64,000 nucleotides of DNA from Eledone cirrhosa (lineage: Eukaryota): the NCBI GenBank assembly GCA_964016885.1, contig OZ024741.1, positions 312,356,001 to 312,420,000 of the forward strand. The letters run 5' to 3'. Numbering within the stretch: the first letter of the stretch is position 1; every line of letters starts with the position of its first letter. The notes under the pieces were generated by a model. That model saw only the letters and a list, made by a program, of their open reading frames with translations, had not been told where the DNA came from and searched no databases. The translations under genes and the position numbers were made by a program. This document shows positions 1-14,095 of this stretch, one piece after another.

Positions 1-144
1 TTAGAAGCTCAAAATAGTCTCTTACAATAAAATAGCCCTAGGAAAGAGATTTTTCCAAGCCGTATATTATAACTGAATATAAAAGAAAAACGAACACAGA
101 CATACACATATGTGTTCAGATCGTAAGGGACCAGATTCGCTAAG

Positions 145-366
145 GTGAATCTGGTCCCTTACGATCCAGAGTTGACATTGCACTCAGTGCTCCTGTGGGA
201 GCCCCTACATGGACACACTGGAAGAGGATTACCAAGGTTAACGTATGTTGATGCCCTAAGGACAGACACTGATCTGTTGGAGACACGGGACATGGAAGCG
301 ATAATTAGGGACAGAGACCAATGGAGAGAACTCGTCCATGGATCTCGGGAATTTTACCCGCCCTAG
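145..366 (+). pseudogene. 3' fragment of RTE-type LINE ORF
   Basis: Translation VLLWEPLHG..GRG.PRLTYVD.L..D...M...RDRDQWRELV resembles the C-terminus of RTE-clade proteins. Confidence 0.65.
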
Positions 367-374
367 ATATATAT

Positions 375-425
375 GCATTTAGAAATATTTGAACTATTTC
401 ATTCAAATGTAATCATCAGGAAAGC
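375..425 (-). ncRNA. degenerate hammerhead ribozyme core related to the 8052/14096 family
   Basis: Minus strand reads ttcCTGATGAttacatttgaatGAAAtagttc, versus ttcCTGATGAtttctaatgaatGAAAcagttc in the intact family; stems I and III do not form cleanly. Confidence 0.4.
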
Positions 426-500
426 CGTATCCAGATGAACAACCTTGGATGAAACATTTCTAGTCTTGTAGAAGCGATTTCTATATTAAACATCATATTT

Positions 501-637
<137 letters not shown>

Positions 638-677
638 TGTGTGTGTGTAGTAAATATGTAACAAGCTTTTTATATAC

Positions 678-812
678 CTTGTTGGCAATTGGCACCAGTA
701 TAACCTGCAGCACATTCATCTGAACATATTCCATTTCGCTTGTCACAGTTACTATTGTCGCGACAATGGCATTTCCCTGTACAATTAACACCGAAGGTTC
801 CTGTTTGGCATT
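678..812 (-). CDS. 135-bp phase 1-1 exon encoding an EGF/laminin-EGF-like repeat (MEGF10/SCARF/Tie-like module)
   Basis: tttcag acceptor, open frame (E)CQTGTFGVNCTGKCHCRDNSNCDKRNGICSDECAAGYTGANCQQ, gtatat donor; 8 Cys in MEGF-type spacing. Confidence 0.85.
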
Positions 813-987
813 CTGAAATATATATAAGATTTCTATATTAAACATTATATTTACACACGCACACACAAACGCATGCACGCATACACCCACACACAAACAC
901 ACATACACATACACGCATATATATATATATATATATGTGTTGTGTATATAGTAATTATTGTAATTACGTAAGAAGTTTATGATATAC

Positions 988-1048
988 CTTGGCAATTGTC
1001 ACCAATATAACCTGTAGAACATCTATCTGAACATGTTCCATTTCGCTT
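988..1048 (-). pseudogene. truncated paralogous EGF exon (3' half only)
   Basis: KRNGTCSDRCSTGYIGDNCQ followed by gtatat donor; homologous to 678-740; the 5' half is replaced by an R4-like LINE. Confidence 0.7.
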
Positions 1049-2215
1049 CATTTGCAGTCCAGACAGCATTTGAATGTCGCATCATATCCCTTCGACAACA
1101 TGTACCAACCTCAAAGCCTAGGAGCCCGTCTCTCGAGCAAGTCTATCCCTGTGTGATAATCAAAAACTCACACCCAGGGAAGTCGCTCAGCAGTATCGCA
1201 CTGAATCAATGGATGAAAAACTGTATGATTTTCAGCAAAAAATCATGCATGTATATGTTGCCAGGAAGCTCCAGAGTGAGAGTAATATAGATAAACAAAG
1301 TAGTCTATCTTGGATCAATAACTGCTATATTGGCTACCATTTTGAAGGATACGCTTTTGTAATGAAAGAAAAGGAAATCAACACGAAAAGAGATAGGGAT
1401 GCAGGCAAAACACCTAGATGTGATAACAAGTACAGACCTTGCAGAATTAACATCGAAGATGTCACCCATCTCATAAGCAGCTGTCGAACGTTGTCCTCGC
1501 GGTACTATCAACCTATGAGGCATGTTGTAATGGCCAAAGCACTGTACAAAACTAAAGCTACAGCAATGTGGAAGACATAAATATACATAATATGAAAGAG
1601 TACTGGTGGAATGTTCCTGCAAAAATCCCCAATAAAATGCAGGCATAACAGACCAGATATAATGATATGGGACAGGGAAAAGAAGGCAGGTACAGTAATG
1701 GAAGTTAGCTGCCCAACAGATGCCAATATAATATCAAAGATTAGCGAAAAGGAGTATATTTATGCAGAACTAATGAGAAATCTGCTGATACTCCACCCTG
1801 ATTATACCTTCAGATATATGCCTGTGACTATTGGCACACTGAGATATGATAGTAACTGCCGCAATACAAATCTTGAGAAGCTGGGCGTCACAGGAACAGA
1901 AAGAACACAACTAGTTAGGAAATTACAAGTACGATCCATTAAAGGAACAGTATAAATATGTAAACATTCCAAAAAATGTGCATCTAATACCTGCATATAC
2001 AGATACAAAGCGTATACACATGCACACATACAACTCAAAACATATACATCCACAGATACAATAAAATCCATACCTACACATGCATGTATGCAGGCATGCA
2101 TACATATCTACCTAGTTGATGTTGTGTAAAATCCAATGAGAGAATCTTGTAACTATGTTAGAAACCGACTCTCTCTATTGGCAAAAACTTGTGAAATTAT
2201 AAAACCAGAAGAACA
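1049..2215 (+). mobile_element. degenerate 5'-truncated R4/Dong-like RLE non-LTR retrotransposon
   Basis: Zn-knuckle remnant (C...EDVTHLISSC), RH motif, RPDIMIWD...EVSCP...K restriction-like endonuclease; frameshifted. Confidence 0.8.
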
Positions 2216-2324
2216 TATATATATATATCTAAACTATAATAAAGTAAGGACTGCGGGATTGCGTACGGTTTATGTCTTTTAATCCTGTTAGAAAAATAAG
2301 TTGGATTACTTTGAATAAATAATT

Positions 2325-2595
2325 ATTTCTACTTTTGGCACAAGGCCAGCAATTACGCAGTGTATTACTGGTACTTTAGTTTATCGACCCCGTAAGGATG
2401 AAAAGTAAAGTTAACCTCGGCGGGATTTGAACTCGGAATGGCAAGGGCCGTAGCTCTTCGTGTCAAATCATGGCGTCCAAACCTCTATCTATACTGCCAA
2501 TCCATCGCCCTTTGAATAAGTAATTGTTTCTACTTTAGGCACAAGGCCAGCAATTACACAGTACATTACTGGTACTTTATTTTATCGACCCCGTA
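2325..2595 (-). mobile_element. tRNA-derived SINE, one full copy plus a partial tandem copy
   Basis: A/B boxes and the shared body gcctttcatccttacggggtcgataaa; near-duplicate tttgaataa(a/g)taatt at 2310 and 2511. Confidence 0.85.
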
Positions 2596-3123
2596 TAAAT
2601 AATGAATGAGTATTAGAGAATTTATGTTCTAAAAACAAATAATTTAAAATTGACTTCTTTTCAAATGTTTATTCACTTTACTACACTTCCTGTATCGCGT
2701 CGCCATCACCACCACTCCACCTACCATGTCTATTAAAAGAGAGTGTGTGTGATGAGATAGATAGATATTATGATGTTCTACGCGTATGAGTGTGCATATA
2801 CTTACGTCTATATGTATTAGCATATAACTATAATCGCGCAAACACAAACTTATAAATATACACGCTCACATACATTCACACAAATACACATACATTCACA
2901 CATACTTTCACACAAACATACATACATTCACACATATACATTTACACAAACACACACATACAATCATGATAGCAGCGTTCGGTGAATTGGAAATGGGAGA
3001 GTTAAACAAGTATAACGTTTTATTTATTCAATAACACTTTATTTATTCATTAACTCTTTTCTTTTTTAAACTCATTTAATAAAATTGTTACAAAACGAAA
3101 ACAATAACAAATACGATTTATCT

Positions 3124-4075
3124 TCAAACGGTATGTGTGTATGTGTGTAGGTGTACGTGTGTGTGTGTGTGGATGTGAATGTGAGAGTTGGGAGAAGAAC
3201 GAGTTTCCATGTTCGGGTAATAGGGAAACCGGTGTGCACATGGGGTGGGATGTAAGTCGGTGTGTGTGTGTGCGTGTGGATGGAAAGGGATCAGAGGGGG
3301 TGGGGGAAAGGGGGCGTGTGGAGTCTGGGGGCTGAGTGTGTGTATGTGAGGATAAGCACGTGTGTGTGTGTTTATATGTGATGTGGAAGTATGGTTGCGT
3401 GGGGCGAAAATAGTGTAAGTGTTAGTGTGTGTACGTGTGTTCCTGGATGTTTTTCCACGGACTATGAGACCGGATGTTGGAGATTGGGAGTGTGGCATGG
3501 TCGATGGCTGGAGCGATAGACCGGTGGTGTAAAATCCTGGTGAGGAGGCTGACAGGTATAGAGATGGTCTGTATGTGGTGTGGGACGTGTGTATGTGTGT
3601 ACGGAGGTGCGGTGGACAGATTAAGTGTGACAGGTGGAGGGAGAGGGTGGTGGTGTGGGGGTGTATATTAGTGGAGGTGTTAGTGGGTTGTGTGTGTGGG
3701 GGGTGTTGTAGAGCGGGATAGAGAGGGGGAGAGAGGTGTTGGGGAGAGTTGGAGGGAGTGTAATGTACTAGTGTGTGTGTGCGTGTTTGGATAAAAGTAT
3801 GTGTGCATGTGGTAGAGTGGGTGTTAGTGTTACTGGTGGTGGTGGGGGGATTGAATGCGGTTGTGTGAGTGGGGGTTAGTGGTGGTAGTGTGTGTGTGGT
3901 ACGAGTGGTGTATCGGTGTGTACGTAGGTATGGGTGAGTGTATGTGTGATGGTGTGTGTTCGCGTGTGTGTGTGTGGTGACGGGGAGAAGGTGGGTTGGG
4001 GGCGTTAGTAATATTAGTGGTGGGGTGGTCAGATGTGGATGTGTGGGTATAATGTTATACTTGGGGAGGGGCATA
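3124..4075. repeat. G/T-rich low-complexity region
   Basis: Degenerate (GT)n and G-run sequence. Confidence 0.8.
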
Positions 4076-4100
4076 TTGTAATATTGCCAGAAATAATAAT

Positions 4101-4288
4101 TGTTTCAACTTTTTGGCACAAGGCCAGCAATTACCCAGTGCAATACTGGTACTTTATTTTATCGACCCCGTAAGGATGAAAGGCACAGTTAACCTCGGCG
4201 AGATTTGAACTCAGATCATAAAGGGACGCAACTCTATGCTTCAAAGCATAGTGTCCGTCTCTCTACCGACACTGCCAATCGACCGCTC
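4101..4288 (-). mobile_element. tRNA-derived SINE with 17-bp TSD
   Basis: TSD ttgccagaaataataat at 4084-4100 and 4289-4305; B box GAGTTCAAATC. Confidence 0.9.
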
Positions 4289-4762
4289 TTGCCAGAAATA
4301 ATAATAGAACATAATCACTGTTTGGTTGGTTTTCACTTCTGCATCTTTTATATCTCCATAGTTAATTCATTCAGCCATCAATGTTTATCATTGACTGATC
4401 ATTGACTTTATGATTTTGAGTAATGCCAGCGGTTTATACTTAAGCATGAGCATCACGGACGTGGCTTTTTAGCCATGCTAGGTACTTGCCTATGACCAGC
4501 AACAGCATGCATCGCAAAAATATCACTTATTGAGCAATGTCAGTGCTTGCAGCAATTTGAAGCGAGGAAAGGCTTTGCACGCATCCAATCCCACTCCCTG
4601 AAACTCGAATGCATTTTCCCCAAAAGAAGAACTGGTCTACATCATTGGATACAAAGGAAGTTGCAAGGTTTATTATATCAGAGTGACCTTCTTCTAGAGA
4701 GATTTCTTAATGAAGACTAGAGTCTCTACCTTCATAATATATATATATAAATATATATATAT

Positions 4763-5152
4763 AGGAGGTGAGTTTTATTGTAGCACAATAAAGCAATGCA
4801 AATATCGGTTAAGTAGCACTCTACAGTTTGTAGGACTGGAGTATAAATAATATAAGATCAAAAGATGGTTAAAAGAGTTCCAAGTATTTTATTATGCGCA
4901 TTTCAAAAACAAATATCATCATGGGATGATATCTGCGTTCTCATCAGATAAAATAGGGAGACATGATATGAAGCTTCAAAAACACTTGTGAATAGTGAAG
5001 TTTTTAATCAACATATGTTGATCTAAAACTTCACTATTCACAAGTGTTTTTGAAGCTTCATATCATGTCTCCCTATTTTATCTGATGAGAACGCAGATAT
5101 CATCCCATGATGATATTTGGAACTCTTTTAACCATCTTTTGATGTTATATTA
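4763..5152. mobile_element. foldback element A in (TA)n, putatively PLE-derived
   Basis: Palindrome centred at 5014/5015 with arms 4848-5014 and 5015-5152; ~85-bp tail on the left only; contains a hammerhead. Confidence 0.75.
4885..4955 (-). ncRNA. type I hammerhead ribozyme with minimal palindromic stem III
   Basis: tattttat-CTGATGA-stem II (atatcatc/gatgatat)-GAAA-tgcgca-TA-ataaaata; 8-bp stem I. Confidence 0.85.
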
Positions 5153-5166
5153 TATATATATATATA

Positions 5167-5638
5167 AGTATAGAACCAGTTTGAAACTAGTTAGACCATT
5201 ACTCTACACAGTACTCGATACTTGACATAGTAGAGTATGAGAATCCAGCCAGATCTACCTATAAACATACATGATTTGAAGAATACTTCGAGTGAGACGC
5301 TTAATCTCAAGTCTGGTTTCCTAAAATCTATAACCAACTCACCATTTAGACTGAGTGCTCGGTTATTTTGGGATATAACCTCCCGTTTTTTACCACCACA
5401 TATGTATATATATGTATATAATGGGAGGTTATATCCCAAAGTAGCAGAGCACTCAGTCTAAATGGTGAGTTGGTTATAGATTTTTGGAAATTAAACTTGA
5501 GATTAAGCCTCTCACCCGAAGCATTATTCAAACCATGTATGTTTATAGGTAGCTCTGGCTGGATTCTCATAATCTACTGTGCCAAGTATCGAGTACTCTG
5601 TAGAGTCATGGTCTAACTAGTTTCAAACTGGTTCTACA

Positions 5639-5640
<2 letters not shown>
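5167..5640. repeat. foldback element B, ~220-bp inverted arms around a short TA tract
   Basis: Arms ~5167-5387 and ~5421-5640 are diverged reverse complements; (TA)n on both flanks. Confidence 0.85.
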
Positions 5641-5675
<35 letters not shown>

Positions 5676-5867
5676 TTAGGTTTGTTGGTTCACCACTGGA
5701 TAGAACTGGTCATTCCGTATGGTCAATCCTGGTGTAATTTTGTGAAGAGTATTCAACGCAGTGCAGTTCACCCATCTTCGTTTGTGTAGTTGGTGGTGCG
5801 AATACGGAGTTAATTATAAATGAAATAACAGGAGGCTGGACTGGTGTAAATCCTTGAAAGGTTTATT

Positions 5868-5925
5868 ATACTATGATCATTTCAATGACCGGGTTCCATA
5901 TGAATCCGCTGATATCATCAGGTAT
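5868..5925 (-). ncRNA. type I hammerhead ribozyme
   Basis: atac-CTGATGA-imperfect stem II-GAAA-tgatca-TA-gtat. Confidence 0.7.
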
Positions 5926-7078
5926 TGAAATATAACAAAGGAATATGTAAAAAGCCATGGGCCCGAAAAATCAAAGACAGAGAGGACTGCTGACCAACTA
6001 GCTTCTCTGCCAGCCGCCCTCAAATGTTGGCAGCTGAAAACTACCAATGAATATCTGGTGAGGGGGCGAAGGCTTATAATGCGCTACCACCACTCTATAT
6101 TGATTCTTATTTACCTTTATTAATTTTTTTACTATCTCATTAATGTATATATTTTTTTTTAAATTATTTTATTAATGTATTTTTATCAATGTATTCTATC
6201 TTTATATTGGTTTTTATCTTTGTATGCTGCTTTCATTATTTTTTCATTTTTTCTTATTTTATCGTATTTTTTTGTAACTTTTCCTTACTCAGGTCATTAT
6301 GCACCTTTCATAGCCCCCTACCCACCTAAGAACCACATTACCTATAACCCGGACTAACTGGGACTTTAAAATAATTTTGGTCTATTTGCACTTTTCATTG
6401 GGTTGTTACCTTCGACTTGTGTGGTGGCTTTTCCCTGCTGCGCGCTGGGCACTCGGAAAATTCAGCCTTCCTTGAGTGCTCGGAAAAATTAATTTCCATT
6501 TCTTTTGCTGGACGATACCACTCGAGACTGGCTGACTCATGGTGGTGGGTGTGCTGGCGGGGCCTTCCTATCGAATTCTTTACTCTATATCCCATACTAA
6601 TATCTTATCGAGTTAAACATTTTTTTCATATAAGACTCTCTCCGTAAGTTCATTAAATAAATAAATCTCGCTACTTCAATTCACCATTTTGCAATTAAAT
6701 ATTTTTAATTTAATTTAATTTCATCCTATAACTCGCAACATAAGTTTAACGTTCCAATCTTCGGTTCACACATTAGACCATACAGACACTCATTATAGAT
6801 TCTTTGGGTAGCATTTTTTTCGCAGCATTTTCTAACATGAATGTAGTTTGACTCTTACACTACACTTCATTCTCCCTTTCTTTCTTTCTTCCCCTCCTTC
6901 TTTTACGGGGTGGTGGTAGCGCATTATAAGCCTTCGCCCCCTCACCAGATATTCATTGGTAGTTTTCAGTTGCCAACACTTTGAGGGCGGTTGGCTGAAA
7001 GGCTAGTTGGTCAGCCGTCCTCTTTGTCTCTGATTTTTCGGACCCATGGCTTTTTACATATTCCTTTGTTATATTCTA

Positions 7079-7136
7079 ATACCTGATAATATCACCCGAT
7101 TCATATGGAATCCGGTCATTGAAATGATCATAGTAT
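7079..7136 (+). ncRNA. hammerhead copy with mutated core (CTGATAA)
   Basis: atac-CTGATAA-...-GAAA-tgatca-TA-gtat; G8A relative to the left-arm copy. Confidence 0.55.
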
Positions 7137-7182
7137 AATAAACCTTTCAAGGATTTAAACCAGTCCAGCCTCCTGTTATTTC

Positions 7183-7272
<90 letters not shown>

Positions 7273-7294
7273 TTATTTATATATCTATATAAAT

Positions 7295-7391
<97 letters not shown>

Positions 7392-7660
7392 TATATATAT
7401 ATATATTATGGATGTTGAGACTCTAGTCTTCATTAAGAAATCTCTCTAGAAGAAGGTCACTCTTATATAATAAACCTTGCAAGTTCCTTTGTATCCAATG
7501 ATGTAGACCAGTTCTTCTTTTGCGGAAATGCATTCGAGTTTCAGGGAGTGGGATTGGATGCGTGCAAAGCCTTTCCTCACTTCAAATAGCTGCATGCACA
7601 GACATTGCTCAATAAGTGATATTTTTGCGATGCATGTTGTTGCTGGTCATAGGCAAGTAC

Positions 7661-7721
7661 TCAGTATATTACTGGTACTTTATTTTATCGACCCCGTAAG
7701 GATGAAAGGCAAAGTTGACCT
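7661..7721 (-). mobile_element. SINE fragment
   Basis: ctggtactttattttatcgaccccgtaaggatgaaaggcaaagttgacctc matches the family body. Confidence 0.75.
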
Positions 7722-8051
7722 CTCATCCTTACGGGGATATATTGTATATATATTAATAAAATATCGGTGGCCATTTTCAGTTGATTCAGATTTATTTAAC
7801 TCCGTTATACATATTTCGCTAAGGATTATCTTTTATTAACATATAATGATCCGGCTTGCACCACTTATACAGATTGTTGAACGCTTTTTTTTCTCTGGTT
7901 AACAACCGACAGTCCATAATGTTCGGTTAACACCATACTCTAATTATATATATATATATATATATATACGTTATTCCGAGTTGAATCGGAGGTAACCACA
8001 GTAAGTAAGGTACTCAATACATAGCAGAGTATAATAGTTTTAATATAGAAG

Positions 8052-8102
8052 AGATTCTACAGGACTAGAACTGTTTCATTCATTAGAAATCATCAGGAAT
8101 CT
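8052..8102 (-). ncRNA. type I hammerhead ribozyme (family D)
   Basis: agattc-CTGATGA-tttctaatgaat-GAAA-cag ttctagtc ctg-TA-gaatct. Confidence 0.85.
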
Positions 8103-8554
8103 GGGTATCAAAAAATAAATATGGTATTTATAGGTCTCTACAAGTGGTAGGAGAGGGTGGGGAGTGGGATGGGTGCAGGTCATTGGTTGATAGAGAAGGG
8201 AATTCATTAAAGGCTAATTCTACATAGCTATAGTTAAATTATATTTATTTATGTTTTTAGAGTAACAAAGGCAGACAGAAATCTATAAACAAGTTCCGGA
8301 TGGCATACCATTCCTTGTCAATAAGTTTCTCTTAAGCTAGCAGATGTCTATAAAATCAGTGGGGGGTCATTCATGCTCGATAGAATTAAAGGAAAGGGAG
8401 ATTCTTTAAAAGCTAAAGTCATTAAGTTCTGCTAAGTGACAAAGGTCTAGGGAATTCTGCAGACAGATTCAAAATACTGAGTGCATATCTTACTATTATC
8501 TTCGAACTTCTCTTAAACTAATCAACAATATGCCAAATCAACAGACACATTCAC

Positions 8555-8585
<31 letters not shown>

Positions 8586-8609
8586 ACACCTGAAAAAAAA
8601 AAACCAAAA

Positions 8610-8809
8610 AAACACACATACTCACTCACACACTTACGCGCAACCATAAACACACACATAAACACAAATACACACATAAAAACACACACACATATATAAA
8701 AAAAGTATATAAATATATACAAATATATATTCATGTACACGCACATACATACACATATACATACATACATACATATATAAAATACATATACACATATACA
8801 TACGCACAC

Positions 8810-8905
<96 letters not shown>

Positions 8906-9020
8906 CACACACATACATATACATATATACACATATATATATATATACACACACATACACACACACACACATACATACATATATATATACACATACATAT
9001 ACACACATACATATATATAC

Positions 9021-9061
<41 letters not shown>

Positions 9062-9067
9062 CATACA

Positions 9068-9101
<34 letters not shown>

Positions 9102-9238
9102 CACACACACACGGATACACACACACATACACACACATACACACATACACACATATATATATACACAAGTGAATACACTCACACGCATACATACAAACAC
9201 GAGTATACATATGTATAAATATCTATACACACACACAT

Positions 9239-9294
<56 letters not shown>

Positions 9295-9355
9295 ATATAC
9301 ACACATACACATACATACACACACACATACACATATATACACATACATACACATA

Positions 9356-9396
<41 letters not shown>

Positions 9397-9406
9397 ATAT
9401 ATACAT

Positions 9407-9455
<49 letters not shown>

Positions 9456-9516
9456 TACATACACACACACACATATACATACATATATATATATCTCTCT
9501 AAACACACACATACAA

Positions 9517-9561
<45 letters not shown>

Positions 9562-9717
9562 CATGTATATATATATATATATATACACACACATATATAT
9601 ATATACATACATATATCCATACATACACAAACATACACATGCATACACAGACCTATACATAAATATACACATATATATACAGAGATATAACGCACAAATA
9701 CACACACATATATACAT

Positions 9718-9785
<68 letters not shown>

Positions 9786-9801
9786 GCATACACACACACA
9801 T

Positions 9802-9833
<32 letters not shown>

Positions 9834-9929
9834 TTACACACACACACGCGTGCATACACACATACACACACCCACACACAAAATATATATACACACACAC
9901 ATTCTCTCTCTCATGCACATATATACATA

Positions 9930-10000
<71 letters not shown>

Positions 10001-10252
10001 ATGCATATATACACAGACACATACAAATACATACATACACACACATACACATACACATACATACATACATATATATATATACATATATATACATATATAT
10101 ATATATACACGCATGCATATACATATACACATACATATACATACACATACGTACATACACACACACACATATATGTACATATACACTCACAAATACACAC
10201 ACATATATATACACACATATATACATATACATACATACAAACACATACATAT

Positions 10253-10295
<43 letters not shown>

Positions 10296-10332
10296 CACAC
10301 ATATACACACATACAGACACGCACACGCACAC

Positions 10333-10379
<47 letters not shown>

Positions 10380-10445
10380 TATATATACATATATATATAC
10401 ACATATATATATATACACATAAATATATATATATATATATATCCA

Positions 10446-10483
<38 letters not shown>

Positions 10484-10620
10484 CATATACATACACATAC
10501 ATATACACATACACACATATATACAGACAAATATATACACACACACATATACAAACATACATATACATACACATACATACACACACACATATACATACAC
10601 ATACATATACGTACATATAC

Positions 10621-10677
<57 letters not shown>

Positions 10678-10815
10678 TACATATACATACATACACACAC
10701 ATACATACATACATACAAACATAAATACAGACACATACAAACATATACCTGCATAAATATACACACATAAAACACGTATTCACACAAACATATGTATATA
10801 TACACATATATACAT

Positions 10816-10866
<51 letters not shown>

Positions 10867-11030
10867 TACATACATATATATATATATATATACATACATA
10901 TATATATACACATACACATACATATATATATACACACACAACACATACACATATACACATATACAAACAAATATATACACATACAAGTAAATAGGTACTC
11001 AGTAAATATACGCATATACACAGGCACATA
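8610..11030. repeat. (TA)/(CA)/(TACA) microsatellite mosaic, mirrored at 11469-13580
   Basis: Read directly; unique interruptions recur in reverse-complement order in the other arm. Confidence 0.95.
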
Positions 11031-11163
11031 AAGACACCTCTACAGGCAGAAAAAGTAGATACAAAAGAGGTACTCACATGACCATAGTGGCCGTATTTCA
11101 GGTTGAGGAGGGGTGGGGGTAGGGTGGGGAGGAGGTATAGGGGCCAATAGGGGGAGGTCGTTT

Positions 11164-11469
11164 TTAGCCATCGGGCTTTAACACTGGCTTAAAGTGTTTG
11201 AATGTTGCAAAGTTCTTGTGCATGCAGTTCGGGCAGTGTTCAGAGAGTTTGTTCAGTAGCGGGCCCTTGGCGAATAAAATTTCGTAACTCTCTGAAATAC
11301 AAAGGTCGCAGCCCTTGTGTCCTCCGTCGTAAGAGCGCGCTTTCTGGAGTATTTTCCAATTAAGCGTGAAGGGGGTGGAGTTCCTTTTGAGGTCCCAAAC
11401 GTAGGAGGCGAGTGTTGTTTGGTTTGATTTATCCGGTCTTCTGAAGGAGTGGGTATGGGCATACCAGCG
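11164..11469 (-). pseudogene. C-terminal part of a PLE GIY-YIG endonuclease
   Basis: R..AH..SF......[12 protein letters not shown]....F.LNWKIL.KA......CDLCISE...I.....LLNK.SE....CMH; R/H and CxLC..E..LN..CxH motifs; frame open to the stop. Confidence 0.85.
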
Positions 11470-11539
11470 TATATGTTTGTATGTGTCTGTATTTATGTTT
11501 GTATGTATGTATGTATGTGTGTGTATGTATGTATATGTA

Positions 11540-11596
<57 letters not shown>

Positions 11597-11733
11597 GTAT
11601 ATGTACGTATATGTATGTGTATGTATATGTGTGTGTGTATGTATGTGTATGTATATGTATGTTTGTATATGTGTGTGTGTATATATTTGTCTGTATATAT
11701 GTGTGTATGTGTATATGTATGTGTATGTATATG

Positions 11734-11771
<38 letters not shown>

Positions 11772-11837
11772 TGGATATATATATATATATATATTTATGT
11801 GTATATATATATATGTGTATATATATATGTATATATA

Positions 11838-11878
<41 letters not shown>

Positions 11879-11915
11879 GTGTGCGTGTGCGTGTCTGTAT
11901 GTGTGTATATGTGTG

Positions 11916-11956
<41 letters not shown>

Positions 11957-12206
11957 ATATGTATGTGTTTGTATGTATGTATATGTATATATGTGTGTAT
12001 ATATATGTGTGTGTATTTGTGAGTGTATATGTACATATATGTGTGTGTGTGTATGTACGTATGTGTATGTATATGTATGTGTATATGTATATGCATGCGT
12101 GTATATATATATATGTATATATATGTATATATATATATGTATGTATGTATGTGTATGTGTATGTGTGTGTATGTATGTATTTGTATGTGTCTGTGTATAT
12201 ATGCAT

Positions 12207-12275
<69 letters not shown>

Positions 12276-12371
12276 TATGTATATATGTGCATGAGAGAGA
12301 GAATGTGTGTGTGTATATATATTTTGTGTGTGGGTGTGTGTATGTGTGTATGCACGCGTGTGTGTGTGTAA

Positions 12372-12403
<32 letters not shown>

Positions 12404-12419
12404 ATGTGTGTGTGTATGC

Positions 12420-12471
<52 letters not shown>

Positions 12472-12624
12472 ATGTATATATGTGTGTGTATTTGTGCGTT
12501 ATATCTCTGTATATATATGTGTATATTTATGTATAGGTCTGTGTATGCATGTGTATGTTTGTGTATGTATGGATATATGTATGTATATATATATATGTGT
12601 GTGTATATATATATATATATATAC

Positions 12625-12670
<46 letters not shown>

Positions 12671-12731
12671 TTGTATGTGTGTGTTTAGAGAGATATATAT
12701 ATATGTATGTATATGTGTGTGTGTGTATGTA

Positions 12732-12780
<49 letters not shown>

Positions 12781-12790
12781 ATGTATATAT

Positions 12791-12831
<41 letters not shown>

Positions 12832-12892
12832 TATGTGTATGTATGTGTATATATGTGTATGTGTGTGTGTATGTATGTGTATGTGTGTATAT

Positions 12893-12954
<62 letters not shown>

Positions 12955-13089
12955 ATGTGTGTGTATAGATATTTATACATATGTATACTCGTGTTTGTAT
13001 GTATGCGTGTGAGTGTATTCACTTGTGTATATATATATGTGTGTATGTGTGTATGTATGTGTATGTGTGTGTGTATCCGTGTGTGTGTG

Positions 13090-13123
<34 letters not shown>

Positions 13124-13129
13124 TGTATG

Positions 13130-13178
<49 letters not shown>

Positions 13179-13293
13179 GTATATATATGTATGTGTGTAT
13201 ATGTATGTGTATATATATATGTATGTATGTGTGTGTGTGTGTATGTGTGTGTATATATATATATATGTGTATATATGTATATGTATGTGTGTG

Positions 13294-13383
<90 letters not shown>

Positions 13384-14011
13384 GTGTGCGTATGTATATG
13401 TGTATATGTATTTTATATATGTATGTATGTATGTATATGTGTATGTATGTGCGTGTACATGAATATATATTTGTATATATTTATATACTTTTTTTATATA
13501 TGTGTGTGTGTTTTTATGTGTGTATTTGTGTTTATGTGTGTGTTTATGGTTGCGCGTAAGTGTGTGAGTGAGTATGTGTGTTTTTTTTTTTTTTTTTTTT
13601 TTTAGGTGTGGTTTTTTTTTTTTTTTCTTTTTTTTTTTTTTTTGTGAATGTGTCTGTTGATTTGGCATATTGTTGATTAGTTTAAGAGAAGTTCGAAGAT
13701 AATAGTAAGATATGCACTCAGTATTTTGAATCTGTCTGCAGAATTCCCTAGACCTTTGTCACTTAGCAGAACTTAATGACTTTAGCTTTTAAAGAATCTC
13801 CCTTTCCTTTAATTCTATCGAGCATGAATGACCCCCCACTGATTTTATAGACATCTGCTAGCTTAAGAGAAACTTATTGACAAGGAATGGTATGCCATCC
13901 GGAACTTGTTTATAGATTTCTGTCTGCCTTTGTTACTCTAAAAACATAAATAAATATAATTTAACTATAGCTATGTAGAATTAGCCTTTAATGAATTCCC
14001 TTCTCTATCAA

Positions 14012-14073
14012 CCAATGACCTGCACCCATCCCACTCCCCACCCTCTCCTACCACTTGTAGAGACCTATAAATA
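14012..14073 (+). promoter_or_regulatory. possible pLTR promoter (CCAAT and TATAAATA) upstream of the hammerhead
   Basis: CCAAT at 14012 and TATAAATA at 14066-14073; also present in the mirrored arm and in the 59.5-kb copy; motif match only. Confidence 0.3.
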
Positions 14074-14095
14074 CCATATTTATTTTTTGATACCC

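Larger units (their letters stand above)
5673..7188. mobile_element. foldback element C in (TA)n, putatively PLE-derived
   Basis: Arms 5815-6093 and 6910-7188; ~140-bp left-only tail; hammerhead in each arm. Confidence 0.75.
4482..7660. repeat. outer inverted repeat (arms 4482-4740 and 7403-7660) enclosing three foldback elements
   Basis: The ~260-bp arms are reverse complements with scattered substitutions; a diverged relative lies at ~14590-14690. Confidence 0.9.

Noticed and set aside
416-460. KCFIQGCSSGYGFPD as a third EGF exon
   Set aside because: In-frame stops flank it, there is no proper donor, and it overlaps a degenerate hammerhead.
3124-4074. 316-aa His/Thr/Pro-rich ORF
   Set aside because: Low-complexity G/T sequence with no recognisable domain.
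8522-13668. Many long ORFs (up to 509 aa) rich in I/Y/C/V/H/T
   Set aside because: They are translations of (TA)/(CA) microsatellites that lack stop codons; only 11164-11469 is real coding sequence.
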